Positions 10,273 through 23,512 of a stretch of DNA of 64,000 bases are shown here, one piece after another (within the stretch, counting starts at the first letter, position 1; each line of letters begins with the position of its first letter). Origin of the DNA: Lama guanicoe. Taxonomy: Eukaryota. Position numbers and translations under genes: made by a program. Under the pieces are notes generated by a model. That model searched no databases, was not told the DNA's origin, and saw only the letters and a list, made by a program, of their open reading frames with translations. Where the stretch lies: the NCBI GenBank assembly GCA_013239625.1, contig MU054098.1, positions 1,284,042 to 1,348,041 on the forward strand, in the 5' to 3' direction.

Positions 10273-12363
10273 TTATTGAAGTATAGTTGATTTACAACGT
10301 TATGTTAGTTTTTGGTGTACACCATAGTGATTGAGTCATACATATATATTCTTTTTTCATATTCTCTTTCATTATTGGTTATTATAAGGTACTGAATATA
10401 GTTCTCTGTGCTATACAGTAGGACCTTGTTGTTTATCTATTTTATATATATGAGTTTTTATCTGCTAATCCCAAACTTCTCATCTATCCTTCCCCCACTT
10501 CCCTTTGGTAATGATAAGTTTGTTTTCTACGTCTGAGTCTCTTTCTAATTTGTAAATAAGTTCATTTGTGTCATTTTTTTAGAATCCACATATAAGTGAT
10601 ATTATGTGATATTTGCCTTTCTCTGTCTGATTTACTTCATTTAGTATGATAATCTCTAGGTTCATCCATGTTGCTACAAATGGCATTATTTCATTCTTTT
10701 TTATGGCTGAGCAGTATTCCATTGTATATATACACCACAACTTCTTTATCCAGTCATCTGTCAGTGGACATATAGGTTGATTCTGTGTCTTGGCTATTGT
10801 AAATAGTGCTGCTATGAACTTTGGGGTGCAGGTGTCATCCTGAAGTAGGGTTCCTTCTGGATACAAGCCCAGGAGTGGGATTCCTGGGTCATATGGTAAG
10901 TCTATTCCTAGTCTTTTGAGGAATCTCCACACTGTTTTCCACAGTGGCTGCACCAAACTTCATTCCCACCAGCAGCGTAGGAGGGTTCCCCTTTCTCCAC
11001 AGCCTCTCCAGTATATATCATTTGTGGACTTTTGAATAATGGCTATTCTGACTGGTGTGAGGTGATACTTTATTGTAGTTTGATTTTCATTTCTCTGATA
11101 ATTAGCAATATTGAACATTTTTCCATGTGCCTATTGGCCATCTATACATCTTCATTGGAGAAATGTTTGTTTAGGTCTTCTGCCCATTTTTGCATTTGGT
11201 TGGTTGTTTTGTTACTGAGTTGTATGAGCTGTTTGTATATTCTGGAAATTAAGCCCTTGTCAGTCACATCATTTGCAAATATTTTCTCCCAGTCTGTAGG
11301 TTTTCTTTTTGTTTTGTTTATGGTGTCCTTTGCTGTGCAAAAGCTTCTAAATTTAATTACTTCCTATTTGTTTATTTTTGCATTTTTTTTATCGCCTTGG
11401 GAGACTGACCTAGGAAAATTTTGCTACGATTTATGTCAGAGAATGTTTTGCCTATGTTCTCTTCTAGGAGATATATGGTGTCCTGTCTTATGTTTAAGTC
11501 TTTAAGTCATTTTGAGTTTAGTTTTGTGTATGGTGTGAAGGAGTATTCTAACTTCATTGATTTACATGCAGCTGTCCAGTTTTCCCAACACCACTTGCGA
11601 AAAGAGATTATCTTTTCTTCATTGTATATTCTTGCCTCCCATGTTGAAGATTAATTGACTGTACATGTGTGTTTGTTTCTGGGATCTCCATTCTGTTCCA
11701 TTGATCCATATGTCTGTTTTTGTGCCAGTAGCATGTTGCTTTAATTACCGTAGCTCTGTAGTATTGTCTGAAGTCTGGGAGGGTTATGCCTACAGCTTCA
11801 TTATCTACAGTATTGATTTGTTAATTCTGGGTCTTTTATGATTCCTTATAAACGTTAGGATTGTTTGTTTTATTTGTGTAAAAAATGTCCTGTGTAATTT
11901 GATAAGGCTCGCATTAAGTCTGTAGATTGCTTTGGGTAGTACACCATTTTAACAATATTAATTCTTCTAATCCAAGAGCATGGGATACCTTTTCATTTCT
12001 TTAAGTCACCTTTAATTTCCTTTATTAATATTTCGTAGTTCTCAGTGTGTAAGTTTTTCATCTCCTGGGTCAGGTTTATTCCTAAGTATTTTATTTTTTG
12101 ATGCAATTTAAAAAGGGATCGTTTTTTACTTTCCTTTTCTGATATTTTATTAGTAGTATAAAGAAATGCAACATATTTCTTTATGTTAATCTTGTAACCT
12201 GCTCCTTGCTGAATTTATTACTAGCTTTAGTAGTTTTTGTGTGGCGTCTTCAGAGTTTTCTATATATAATATTATGTCATCTGTATGTAGTGACAGTTTT
12301 ACCTCTTCCCTTTCAATTTGGATCTCTTATATTTCTTTTCCCTGTCTGATTGCTATGGCTAGG
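10273..12363 (-). mobile_element. 5'-truncated L1 (about 2.1 kb) with degenerate 15-bp TSD
   Basis: ORF 10579..10956 is the ORF2 C-terminus ([13 protein letters not shown]...LPYDP.IPLLG); TSD aataatgtcaatttt (10258-10272) vs aacactatcaatttt (12364-12378), 12/15 match. Confidence 0.95.
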
Positions 12364-14244
12364 AACACTATCAATTTTGAATGAACCATTTCCAAATTTT
12401 ATACCCTGAAACTTTTGAGGTATTTCCAATTTGGCTGCCAAGACTCTAGTTTAAAGCAAAGAGAGACATGCCTCTGTCCATGTTGCATTAGTTTTGCTAT
12501 CTACTATGTTGGTCTCATGTCAAGGCCAATGTTCTGATACGATGCAATGCAAAAGGAAAGAAACATAGTGATTAAAAATAATTTATCAATGCAAATTAAT
12601 AAAAAAAATTTAGTAAAAAGCCCTAAAATAATCAAAGTAGGAAACATGCCTATGCAAAATCAGATTAAGATGAGCCTTATTCATTCTTAGAAGATAACAG
12701 TGTGTGTGCTAAGAAGGTTGGAGGGAATGAGTATGATTGGGGAAGTGGGTATGACTGCAATTTACCAAATCATGAAGTGTGAAACAGTCCCAACTCTAGT
12801 TAAAGGATTCAACCAAGGGAAAGGTATACTTTGAACTGCAGGTTATGTATCAGTTCCTGCCTATCAGTCCTTGATCAGCAGTTGATTATTTATGTGCTTA
12901 AATGTAATTATTTGAAACTTTTTACTATGTTAACATAGGAAGTTTTATGAGGTAGTGCCATTTATGTTTTGCTTTATCTCCAGTGGCTTACACAATACCT
13001 GGGACAGGTTTCAATGTTTATTAACAAAACGAAAGAGAATTTCACCAAATAATCAAGTAAGAAGACAGGTTATCTTTGCCTGTGTCCTCTTCTTTCCATG
13101 AAGTTGTATTATGAAATCAAAACTAACTTCCATTCTGCGGAATCCAACAACATGATTTTTTTCACACATTCTCCCTCAGTCCCTTTCTCCCTGAGCCATT
13201 TGCCCCACACACATAGAGTCCAGCTTCTGTCTTTATTAATTCATCATATAGTCACTATTTTATCCTGATAGGACAATGACAATGGAAGAAGTTCAAAATC
13301 TTTTTTAGAAGATTACAGGATTATAGTTCTCACTGCCTGTTGAAGTTTAATAAGCACTCTGATGGTAGCTAAATACACCCAGAAGCCTCCTCAGTTGCTC
13401 AGTGATTTCTGCTTACCTGAGTTGGGTGGCTGTCTCGTGCACATCCACTTGCTTATCATCAGATCATTTATCTCACGTCCCATTTTATTTACCCAGTGTT
13501 GTGAGTAAGTTGATGACTTGGTTTCTGATTGTTCCCTAAAACCAAAGCTTTACTATTCATCCCAGCATCCTTAACTCTAATCCAGAGAGCTCAAGCCCTC
13601 CTTCATGCAGACCACTTAGAGGTTTAATGTTCAAATGGACTCTCTTTTTAACCAGATAGCTTAAAAATAAGTTATAAACAGAAAATTAAGCTGAGGATGA
13701 ACTGGATTAATGGCTAGAGCATAATTTATAGCTGTGGTAGGTACAATTTGGAAAGAAAAATGGTCACGGTAAAATATGTTGCCAAAGCAATTTCTATGAC
13801 TGGAATATTTATCAAATATAGTCCACCAAACTATTGATAACAAGAACTGAAGATAAAATGAAGATCTTCATTTGGAACCTGCCTAAATTTAACTGCAGTT
13901 TTTATTTGATTTAAAATACAGAGGTAATACAGCTTATGCTGAAAACAGCTGGCTGAGAGATATGCTGTATATGAGAATGAAATAAGGAATATTGATATAT
14001 GAAAGTTGTTTACTCTGTTTTCATTTCTCTGGACAAACATTTTCAGGAAGAATAATGCGTTATACTACGTTTACTGCCTACCAGTCTCAGCTCCAGCATC
14101 TTAGCATTAAGGTACCTTGTCAATTTAAAACAACAACGTCAACAACAACAACAACAAACTAAACCAGTAACAATAGGACACTGCTCTTTGAGAAACTCCT
14201 GATAGCGAGATTCAACAAACGGAAAAACAAAACATAGCAAAACC

Positions 14245-15790
14245 AAAGACACATAGACCAATGGAACAGAACAGAGAGCCCAGAAATAAACCCTACACTG
14301 AAGTCAAGTAGTCTTTGCCAAATGTGCCAGGAACACACAATGGGGAAAGGTTAGTCTCCTCAATAAATGCTGTTGGGAAAACTGGACATTCACACGTAAA
14401 AGAATAAAATTAGACCCTTAACTCACACCATACATACGTAAAAGAATAAAATTAGACCCTTAACTCACACCATACACAGAAACTACTCAAAGCTAATTGA
14501 AGACTGAAATAAAATGTAAAACCTGAAACCATCAAACCCCTGGGACAAAACAAAGGGAAGCACTTCTCGACGTTGCTATTTGCAGTGATTTATGGGTATG
14601 ACCCCAAAAGCACAGGTACCGAAAGCGAAAATAGACACTTGAGATTTTATGAAATTAAAATGCTTCTGCACGGTAAAGGAAACAATCAACAGAGTGAACA
14701 GACAATATACAGGATGCGAGAAAATATCTGCAAACCATCGATCTGATAAGGTGTTTATATCCAAAATATCTAAGGATCTCCTACAACTCAACAGCAATAA
14801 AACAAATGACCTGGTTAAAAAATGGGCAAAGGGCATGAATAGACAATTCTTAAAAGAAAACATACCAATGGCCTACAGGTACATAAGACGGTGCTCAACA
14901 TCACGAATCATCAGGGAAATGCAAATCAAAACCACAATGAGATATCACCTCATACCTCTTAGAATGGCTATCATCAAAAAGATAAGAGAGAGCAAGTGTT
15001 GGTGAGGATGTGGAGGAAAGAGACCCTTGCACACTGTTGGTGGGAATGTAAGTTGGATCAGCCACTATGAAAAGCGGTATAGACGTTCTTCAACAAATTA
15101 AAAATAGAACTACCAAATGATCCCACAATCCCACTTCTGGACATTTATCTAAAGGAAATGAAATCACCATCTTGAAGAAACATCTGCACCCCCATGTTCA
15201 CTGCAGCATTATTCAAATTGGCCAGGACATGGAAACAAACTAAGTGCCCATTAACAGGTGAATAGATAAATAAAATGGATAAACAAAAAAATGTGTATTA
15301 GAATATTATTCAGTCATAAAAAGGATATCCTGACATTTTTACAACATGAATGGATCTGAAGGATATGCTAAATGAAAAAAGTCAGACAGAGAAAGGCAAA
15401 TACTATATGATCTCACTCACACATTGAATCTAAAAAACTGAATTCATAGAAGCAGAGAGTAGAATGATGGTTGTCCGACGCTAGAAGTAGTGGAAATGAG
15501 AAGATGTCTATCAAATGATATAAATTTTCAGTTATAAGATAAATAACTTCTGGAGCTCTTGTACACAGCTTGGTGACTATAGATAATAATATATATCATA
15601 TACCTGAAATTTGCTAAGAGAGTAGAACTTAAATGTCCCTAAGTATTCCACACACACACACGGAAACTGTATGAGGTGATGGATGTGTTAATTAGCTTAA
15701 TTGAGGCAATCATTTCACAATGAGTATCAAATAATCACATTCTATACCTTAAATATATTTTTTCTTTATCAATTATACCTCAAGAAAATG
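14245..15790 (+). mobile_element. 5'-truncated L1 (L1MA-like)
   Basis: ORF 14649..15005 KLKCFCTVKET...IREMQIKTTMRYHL is ORF2; 3'UTR ends aattatacctcaa. Confidence 0.93.
14394..14477. repeat. 42-bp tandem duplication inside L1
   Basis: 14394-14434 is identical to 14436-14476. Confidence 0.95.
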
Positions 15791-16006
15791 ATTATTTATG
15801 TTAAATCTTAAAAAAAAAACTTCTTAACATGGGGAAAGAATAGTGGATCATTCACTTGAGACTATACTTATTACATTCCTAAGCAAAAGAGCACACTTTG
15901 ATTTGAATGTCTTAGAGATTAAACAGGATGCAAAGAAATAAGCAGAATCAATGATTTCTTAAGGGTTCTTCCAATTTCAGCATTCTAAATTTCTGCTATA
16001 TAATCG

Positions 16007-16424
16007 TGTACTGGTTAGCTAGAACTGTCCTAATGGAGTACCACAGAGCAGGCGGCTTAAACAACAGAGATGTATTAGCTCACAGTTCTGAGGTTTACAA
16101 GTTGAAAGTCCAGGCATCTTCAAGGCTGCTTCTGTCTGAGGGCTGTGAGGAAAGGATCTGCTTCGGTCCTCCCTTCCTAAGTTGTATGTGTTTATCTTTT
16201 CCTTTGTCTCTACATTGCTGTACCTCCATGCATGTCTGCTTCTCTGTCAAATTTCCCATTTTTATAAGGACACCAGTCATACTAGATTGGGGCCCACCCT
16301 AGTGAGCTAATTTTAACTTGATTACTTCTGTGAAAACCTATCTCCCACTCAGGTCAAATTCTGGGGTATTGTGGGTAAGGACTCCAACATATGTTTTTGG
16401 AGGGGCACAATTCAACCCATAACA
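16007..16424 (-). mobile_element. MaLR solo LTR (MLT1B/C-like)
   Basis: TG...CA ends; ggggcacaattcaacccataaca is the reverse complement of the MLT1 start; ggcttaaacaacaga, ctcacagttctg. Confidence 0.9.
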
Positions 16425-17032
16425 AAGTCTCAGATATACACAATCATGCTGCCACTAAATAGTATCATGTAGTGAAACAGACTGTTGCCCACAGAATTAT
16501 ACCCAATTTTCTTATTGCTGGGGAACATCAAACTCATCCTTAGTCTTATTTCACCTGTCACCTAGGCTTCCAAGGAAGAATGATGGATTCTGCAGCAATT
16601 ATAAATGCTGCACCTTTAGTTGAAAGTGGGAGAAAAGTTTCCTTTCCTCTCAATTTTGGGACTTGCTGAAGTCTCAGATTTGTTTAGCAGTCTTAAAATT
16701 AGAAGTTCCTACTGCTCATCTTATTCATAAAGTGAATAATTGGGGACAGAGAGAATATGCCCTGGGAGGTCGCCAATATGCTCTAGTCAATCAGGTCAGC
16801 ATTCTTCCTATATGCCATCTATTTTCAGAAAGCAAACAGCACTTATATGACAGAAAAAAGATAGACTCTGCCAAAAATACAGTAGCGCCTGGTGTTAGGT
16901 TAGTCTCCCGGAGTGTATAGCACTCTTTAATTTGGCAGAATATTAATGCCTTGTGAAACTAAGTTTTTGGTTCAGGATTACATTAAGTTCAAAGAAGGAC
17001 TCTGCCTAACAGCTTCTTGAATTTGACAAGAT

Positions 17033-17270
17033 TAATTCATTCAGCAGTCATGTACTGGGTACCAATTTTGTGCTCTGTGCTACTCTAAGCATTAAGATGA
17101 TATTCAGTAAGGGATGTAGTTTCTATGTATAAGTAACTTAGGTTAACAGAGAAGATAAATGTGTACACAGCTGACATGAATGCAAAGCAACATGAAATAA
17201 ATGCTTAAATAGAGATAGGAACAAAGGGCTCTGGGGCCCAGTGGAGAGAGAGATTCAACATGTCTGGATT
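17033..17270 (-). mobile_element. L2 3' fragment
   Basis: attcattcagcagtcatgtactgggtacc...gtgctctgtgctactctaagc. Confidence 0.7.
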
Positions 17271-18069
17271 TTTGTTCTTTTGCTTTTACTTAAAAATCTA
17301 GAAGGTGAACTTGGGAAAACTTTGCCAGCTACATTTTGAGAATTGATCTTCGGAACCAGAAGGTTAAAGCTGGCTACTGCAGCTGATAAACACGGAGAGT
17401 TATAGGTCTGCATCAAATGAAAATGCTGCTGCGTTAGTTCAGCTATTCAGTCAAATGTACCTAATCCTACATCAATCTAAATAGAACACAGCCATGCTTC
17501 CTCCAGCCCAACCATACAGGGGAAAAAAAAAACTGCCAAGAGAATGGAAATGAAGCTGAAATTACTGCTGTTTCATGAAATTTATGATGCCAAAAATGCC
17601 ATTTAACTTAAGCTGCTGCTAGAAAAAAAAACACATATTTAATTAAATGCATGGCAGACTATTCTTAGTTTCCTTTGTAGGGTGGAGAGGGGTTTGCTCT
17701 ACACTACCCATTATGGTTGGCAACATTTCCTCTTCGTAAATGAACCATTTAAAAATAAATAAATAAGGCCACAGTGCTTGTCCTCATTGAAAAAGAGGGA
17801 AAATGATTCAAAAGTTAAGAGGATCCTGAAAGAAACTTCAATGTGTTTTTATGGCAATCCAGTTCAGCAGCACATACTTATTTTAATATATATTCCAGAG
17901 CTCAAATAAATTATACCTCCCACTGAAATCCTATAGCTGCTTAACGGAGAGGATTAGAATAATTGTTACCCAAATCATGTAAAGCATTTTCAGAGTAAAT
18001 GCATAACAAAATTCTGAATAACCTTAAAAACAATTAATTCTTCTAATGTTTTAAAGAACCAGAATTAAA

Positions 18070-18225
18070 AAGAATCTTAAAATTATTTAGCTCAAACCCA
18101 CCAGTTGACAGATTATGAAATGAGGTCCAGAGAGCATAAAATTACCTATCTGAGTTTCCCACAGCTAATAGAATTTACACTAGAACCCAGCTTTCCTCCT
18201 CAGTCTGTTTATCTTTCCAATATGC
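18070..18225 (-). mobile_element. MIR/MIR3 fragment
   Basis: gacagattatgaaatgaggtccagagag...ctagaacccag. Confidence 0.6.
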
Positions 18226-18307
18226 TAATTATTTATCCCTCAAGAATACATAATTAAAGATGTTAATTCATGTTTGGAGTCTAAAAACAAGGCTGACTGT
18301 TATTCCA

Positions 18308-18530
18308 AGTTTAAATACATGGATTCTGGAACGCGACTGCTAGATTTAAATCCTGGCATCTCCGCTCATTAGTTGTTTGTTTAGTCAAGTACCAAATTGC
18401 CTGGGGCCTTGTTTCCTCATCTGTAAAATGAAGATGATAGCATATCCTATCTCTTAGAGCCGTGTGAGCAATAAATGAATCAACAAGTATAAAATGATTA
18501 GATAGGTGCCAGAAGCATAATGTGTTTTAT
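18308..18530 (+). mobile_element. MIR SINE
   Basis: gtttcctcatctgtaaaatgaagatgatag core. Confidence 0.85.
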
Positions 18531-19054
18531 GATTATTTCAATAATCTAAATCAATGATTTGAACATTTTTTCCATGTTGGGAGCATTACCGTCTATGAGT
18601 GCCTAATCTTAGCAAAATTAAGAGGCAGCTAAGTTTATCTTTTGTGTGCTCATTCTTCCTTCCTGAGCCTCTTCACTCATTTTTCCTCCCTGAGCCCTCT
18701 TTCCTCTGTCTTTGGGTATCCATTGTCCTGACAACATTGCCTATATCCCATAATTGCAATGTCCTGCTTGGTTCTGTCCACCTCTGGAAGCAATTACTGT
18801 GCTTAAACTAGCCAAATATTTCTTCCTCGCCAGAACTGTCTGGCTCCACTCCCTCAGGGGCCTATGATATACTACCTGAAATGTTAAAACATACTTGTTT
18901 AATATGTTGTCCCTTCTAAGAATACTGTGCTTTTAAGAGAGATTGTCACCTCAATAATAAGACGAATATCTCATCAGGGGATTTTAGATATTGTGGTAGG
19001 ACAATAGGACGGGGAAGGTGAACCAATGACTTTAAAGTGTTTGTCATCTAAGTT

Positions 19055-19215
19055 AATTCACAAGCATGAAATATATTCTTGTCTTCCATTTCAGAGATAA
19101 GGAGACTAAGGCTCAGAGCAAGAAGGTGACTTGCTTGAAACCATACAACTAATAAATTGAAATAGTAGGTTGCAAATTCTGGTCTATCTGGCTTCCAAGT
19201 TTGTTCACAGTGTTT
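19055..19215 (-). mobile_element. MIR SINE
   Basis: ccatttcagagataaggagactaaggctcagag...gtgacttgc. Confidence 0.75.
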
Positions 19216-21302
19216 TTGATAAAAAGTTCTGTAATCAGTGCTCCTAAAATCACACCATGTGTGCAAATGGCTCTTGTGCATTTGAGACAGGCTCTTTTTC
19301 TCTAGGCACTGCTGACTTGCCCTCAGAATGCTATCACAATTCAAAATATATCACAAATACCTGCTGTGCTGTATTATAATACATGGACAATTGAGGTACC
19401 AACTAAAAGGCATAATGTACTTCATATGACAATATTTGAATATATTACATATCAAACACACACGTGTGTTACACATGCGAGATCTCCATTAGCGAACCAT
19501 AAAATGGAAAGATAAAGCAGAAATAAAATAAGTACAATGGGTATGTTTTCAATATGTCAGCAGACCCCTTTGAATAGTTCTTCCACAGTAAAAGGAAGTG
19601 AAAGATGGTGCTTTTATTAACCAACAAAGTACAATTTACACTAACAACTGTGGACAGGAAAGGAAAAAACATTACATGAAAGCATAAATACACAATGATT
19701 TTGTACTAAATCTGGGAGATACTGTTTGCTAAGGTATAAGAACCCAGCACATGTGAACTAACCTGTAGGTACATGAATTAGCATAAATTTGTCATGAGGT
19801 TGTCAAACTCTATTCCAAAAGACTTAAGGTTTTATATCTGGAAAAAAACATTTTTATTGTGACCCTTATTCTTTGTTGAATCACCTCATTTTATAGTTCT
19901 AAAAGAAAACCCAGCTAGAGGGTTTACATTGATTTATTAACTTCTCTAGATTGTTTCCTTGAAAAATGTATCTTCTTAGAGGTCCACAGAATGACTTCCA
20001 AAAGGAGAACATCAAAACCTTCCTTTTATTTCCTTTTTTTTTTAATTATCAGTCATTAAACGGAGCACCTATCATACAGAAAGCAGTATGCTGAATGTCA
20101 GACATGGAGCTTAGTTGGTACATGGAAAGAAAATTCATCCATATAAAGAAATAACAGCAAAATCAAAAGCACATAAGCCATGCGGTATAGACAATGAGTG
20201 TTCTAGATCAAATGAATCTTTCTGTCAGCTAGGTTATCAGGATGAAAAAGGATCAGGCTTTGTAGTTGAATTTATTGCACATAGTTTAAGGCTTACCCAA
20301 CCTATCTCCTGTCTGTCCTCATGAATGCATAATAAGGAAACTTAGATGCATTTCTTCAAAAAAATTAGTAACAAAGTTAAGTAAAAGAATTGTTCTACAT
20401 ACTGCAAATGGTAAACTCTGTGAAAATCACCTAATAACTAGTAGTTTTAAAGCTCTGATATTATAAATACTTTATTAAATGTTAAGACACAAGGTGACAC
20501 AAACCAAAAACATCCAAAGCAGCAGAAAGCCAACTAAAAATGATAGCCATTAACACAGACAGACTCTGCTCCACCTTGCTGCGGCAGGATGGACTACAGC
20601 ATGGTCCCAAGACACTCCATTCTTTGGATATACTGCAAGGTTATAGACAACAATGAATAAGAGATAAGGCCTGTGAATCAGCACCAGAAATGTCAAGACA
20701 AATAGGAGAAAAGAGGAAGAATAAATAAAAAGAATAGTCCAGCCATAGATTATGTCTAAAAGCCAAAAGACAAGTAAGTGATGTAAGAAAATCTGAACAC
20801 GTAGCCAAGGGCTAGGGATCATCAGAAACAAGGTATTAAGACAGAGCAATGACTCTAAAACAATAAAGCAGTAAGAACCGAAGTTACATACAATGTTCCG
20901 GAAAGAAGGCCAGACAACTGAATGAAAGCTTGGCTAGCCTGAGGCGTGAATTCTGCAAAGCTGCTGCAGCCTTAAAACTTTACATACCTGGAAGATCCTG
21001 TCCTTCATTCTTCCAAGGGAGATTTTTGGGTAAGAATAATGTAGAATTTGGGGACTTTAGAATCCTCATTTCAGTGTTTAAAAAGTTAGTTTGGTACTGA
21101 GTTGTTAAACTAAAATAATGGAAAAATAGTCTTGAGGGTCAGACCTTTGCTCCAGCCTAGATGTGAATGTTAGACAGAACATTTTATTTCTACTTAATGT
21201 TCTTGTGAAGATTCATTTGGTAAGGTAAATAAGCCCTGGGGACAACTATAAAGATTTAAAATGCCTTCTATATTGGTAAATCAGAATAAGAATGGGTCCC
21301 AA

Positions 21303-21368
21303 AATGGCTTCAAATGTCGAATTTAATGGCTTCAAATGTTGAATTTAATGGCTTCAAACGTTGAATTT
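21303..21368. repeat. Minisatellite, 22 bp x3
   Basis: aatggcttcaaaYgtYgaattt, three head-to-tail copies without spacers. Confidence 0.95.
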
Positions 21369-21996
21369 GGGCAAAGGACCCTGCTTGGGGTTTTTGGCAA
21401 ATGCTTTTAGAAACGATCTCTCTCTCTCTCTCTGAATTCAGTTCAAGCACAGTTCAGTTAATTTATCGCCTGATTGATTATCATGCTGCTACTGTCATAT
21501 TTAGAAATATTCCCACTGAAACACAGCCCTAAAATGTTCGTAACACATCAGATGGTTTTGTTGCTGTTGTGACTTCTCTCCTTTATGAAGAGAGCACTTC
21601 TAGGAATAATTTCAAAATAGAGCAGCTGAATTGGATTTGTAGGAAGATAACGTGAATTTTTCTTAAGAAAACTGTGGGTCCTTGAGAAGCTTCATAGATC
21701 TTTTGTATACTTTCTGCCCTTTTGTCAGGCATGGAGAAACAAAACCAACCACAAAACATCCATTAGAGGATGGTATAAAGAAAGAATACTACCCTAGCCC
21801 TACCTTCTAGGAGCTTACAGTGCTGGAAGTATTTACTTGGCTTCCCCAAACCCAAATAAAATTATTTCAGTTTTAGTTAAAAGAGTAACAAGGTACTGTT
21901 ATATTCACTTTGCTACTGTCTTAGCAAGCACAGAACCAAAAGAAAGTTTGATTAATTTAAATAAACTTCTGGTTTAACTACATATTCTCTTCATTT

Positions 21997-22622
21997 TGAG
22001 ACAGGAGGGAAGGGGACAGGGCATAGCCACTCAAGGAATGACAGCAATTTAACACCAAAATGGTGGAAGATTCAACTCCTAGTTGGTCTTAAGGATTAAG
22101 AGGTTTGACTTCTAGTAGACCTTGAGCTTCATTATATGCTCATTGTAACAGTGTGACAAATAACCTGCCCACAGGCGCCATGACAGTCCCAAGGCTAACC
22201 GCAAAAGGCCAAAGAATGGGCAGTGGCCCAATTCCTGGGAATCTCAGCCCCTTCCCCAGGGCAGTTGGAATGGTCCCACCTGTAGGCATGTGAAACTACT
22301 GAGCCCACAAAAACTGGCAACATCATGCCTAGAGGCCCTTTTTCACTCCCTCCTCTTTGGAGACGGCGCACACTCTGTCTGTGGAGTGTGTATCTATTTT
22401 TACTTTAACATGAGCACCCAATTCCCACATCTCTTTCCTTGCCTTACACTTCATGCAGTACATATCTCTCTAAATAAACCTACCCTTACTCAACTGTGGC
22501 TCGCTCTTGAATTCTTTCCTGCGCGAAGCCAAGGACCCCCACCTGGCAGGGCACGTCCCAGGGGCTCAACCGAGACCTGGGACACGGCCCTCCTTATGCC
22601 CCACATCCATTTTCCTGCATCA
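21997..22622 (+). mobile_element. ERV1 solo LTR, MER41-like
   Basis: TG...CA ends; ggcgccatgacagt; AATAAA at 22473-22478 followed by ctcgctcttgaattctttcctgcgcgaagccaagga; many CpGs retained; TSD not clear. Confidence 0.8.
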
Positions 22623-23409
22623 TCTTCACCTCAGGATGGGGGTCAGACTTAAGGGATTTTACTGCCACTCCGAGGAGACAGAGTAAGAAGTGTTTAAGTC
22701 CTTGGCTCCTTGGTGGGACTAGAAAGAAGTGTTACTTTATATACATTTTCTGTGATTTTGCGGAAAGAGGAGGTAGATCCACTTAAGGATCAATTTATTC
22801 TCACCACCAGCCTCAGAAACTGCTGAGCCTGACGTCGCCTTAAGGTAAAGAAAATAAATTCCTCCTGGAATGGTATTCTTTTTCCCAGGGAACCAATTTA
22901 CTTCAGTCAGATAAGCTCTTGGCTCTGATAAGAAACATATTTTACCACTGAATAAAACTGGGCTCCTAAGTCTGAACTTGGGGAAAACACAGGTATAATT
23001 TAATTTTGCAAAAATTACACAGTGATTTCTCTCTCAATATGAAGTTTGTAATAGGAAAAAAAGGGCAACTTAAACTTCCTAACATATCATTTAATCTAGT
23101 AGCTTCCTCAATTGAGATACTCAAGTGATATGCTCTATTTTATCCTGTACTTCAGAAAATCAAGTCTCCCCTACGCACCATATTCTGAGCAAATTACAAT
23201 CTTAGGATCAACACTTTTGTTTTTATGAGTGTTCCTTGGTGCCTCCAGAACATTCTTTTTCAGGAATGAGTAAGCTGCCTCAAAGGAATAAGACATTCAT
23301 CCCAACAGATTGCAGTACTTACTATCAAAATCTAGTTTGTCAGAGTAGGGCTCTAAAATGGTATCTTTCACGCTATTTGCCGTAAAGAACCAGTTCCCCC
23401 TTCCCCAAC

Positions 23410-23512
23410 ATATTGGTACAAAGTTTTCTAAATGCTTACTCTCAGTTTCTGTATGTATCTGGTCCAGTCCTGGACCAGTACAGGTCTGCAGACTATATTT
23501 TGAGTAGCACTG
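23410..23512 (-). mobile_element. hAT-Charlie MER5C-like fragment
   Basis: Reverse complement starts cagtgctactcaaa...acagaaactgagagtaagcatttagaaa; flank ctctaaat fits the Charlie target preference. Confidence 0.75.

Noticed and set aside
10579..11654. 125-157 aa ORFs
   Set aside because: L1 ORF2 C-terminal fragment and antisense L1 readings in a 5'-truncated element
21303..21368. CRISPR-like direct repeats
   Set aside because: Head-to-tail copies without spacers, in a eukaryotic context
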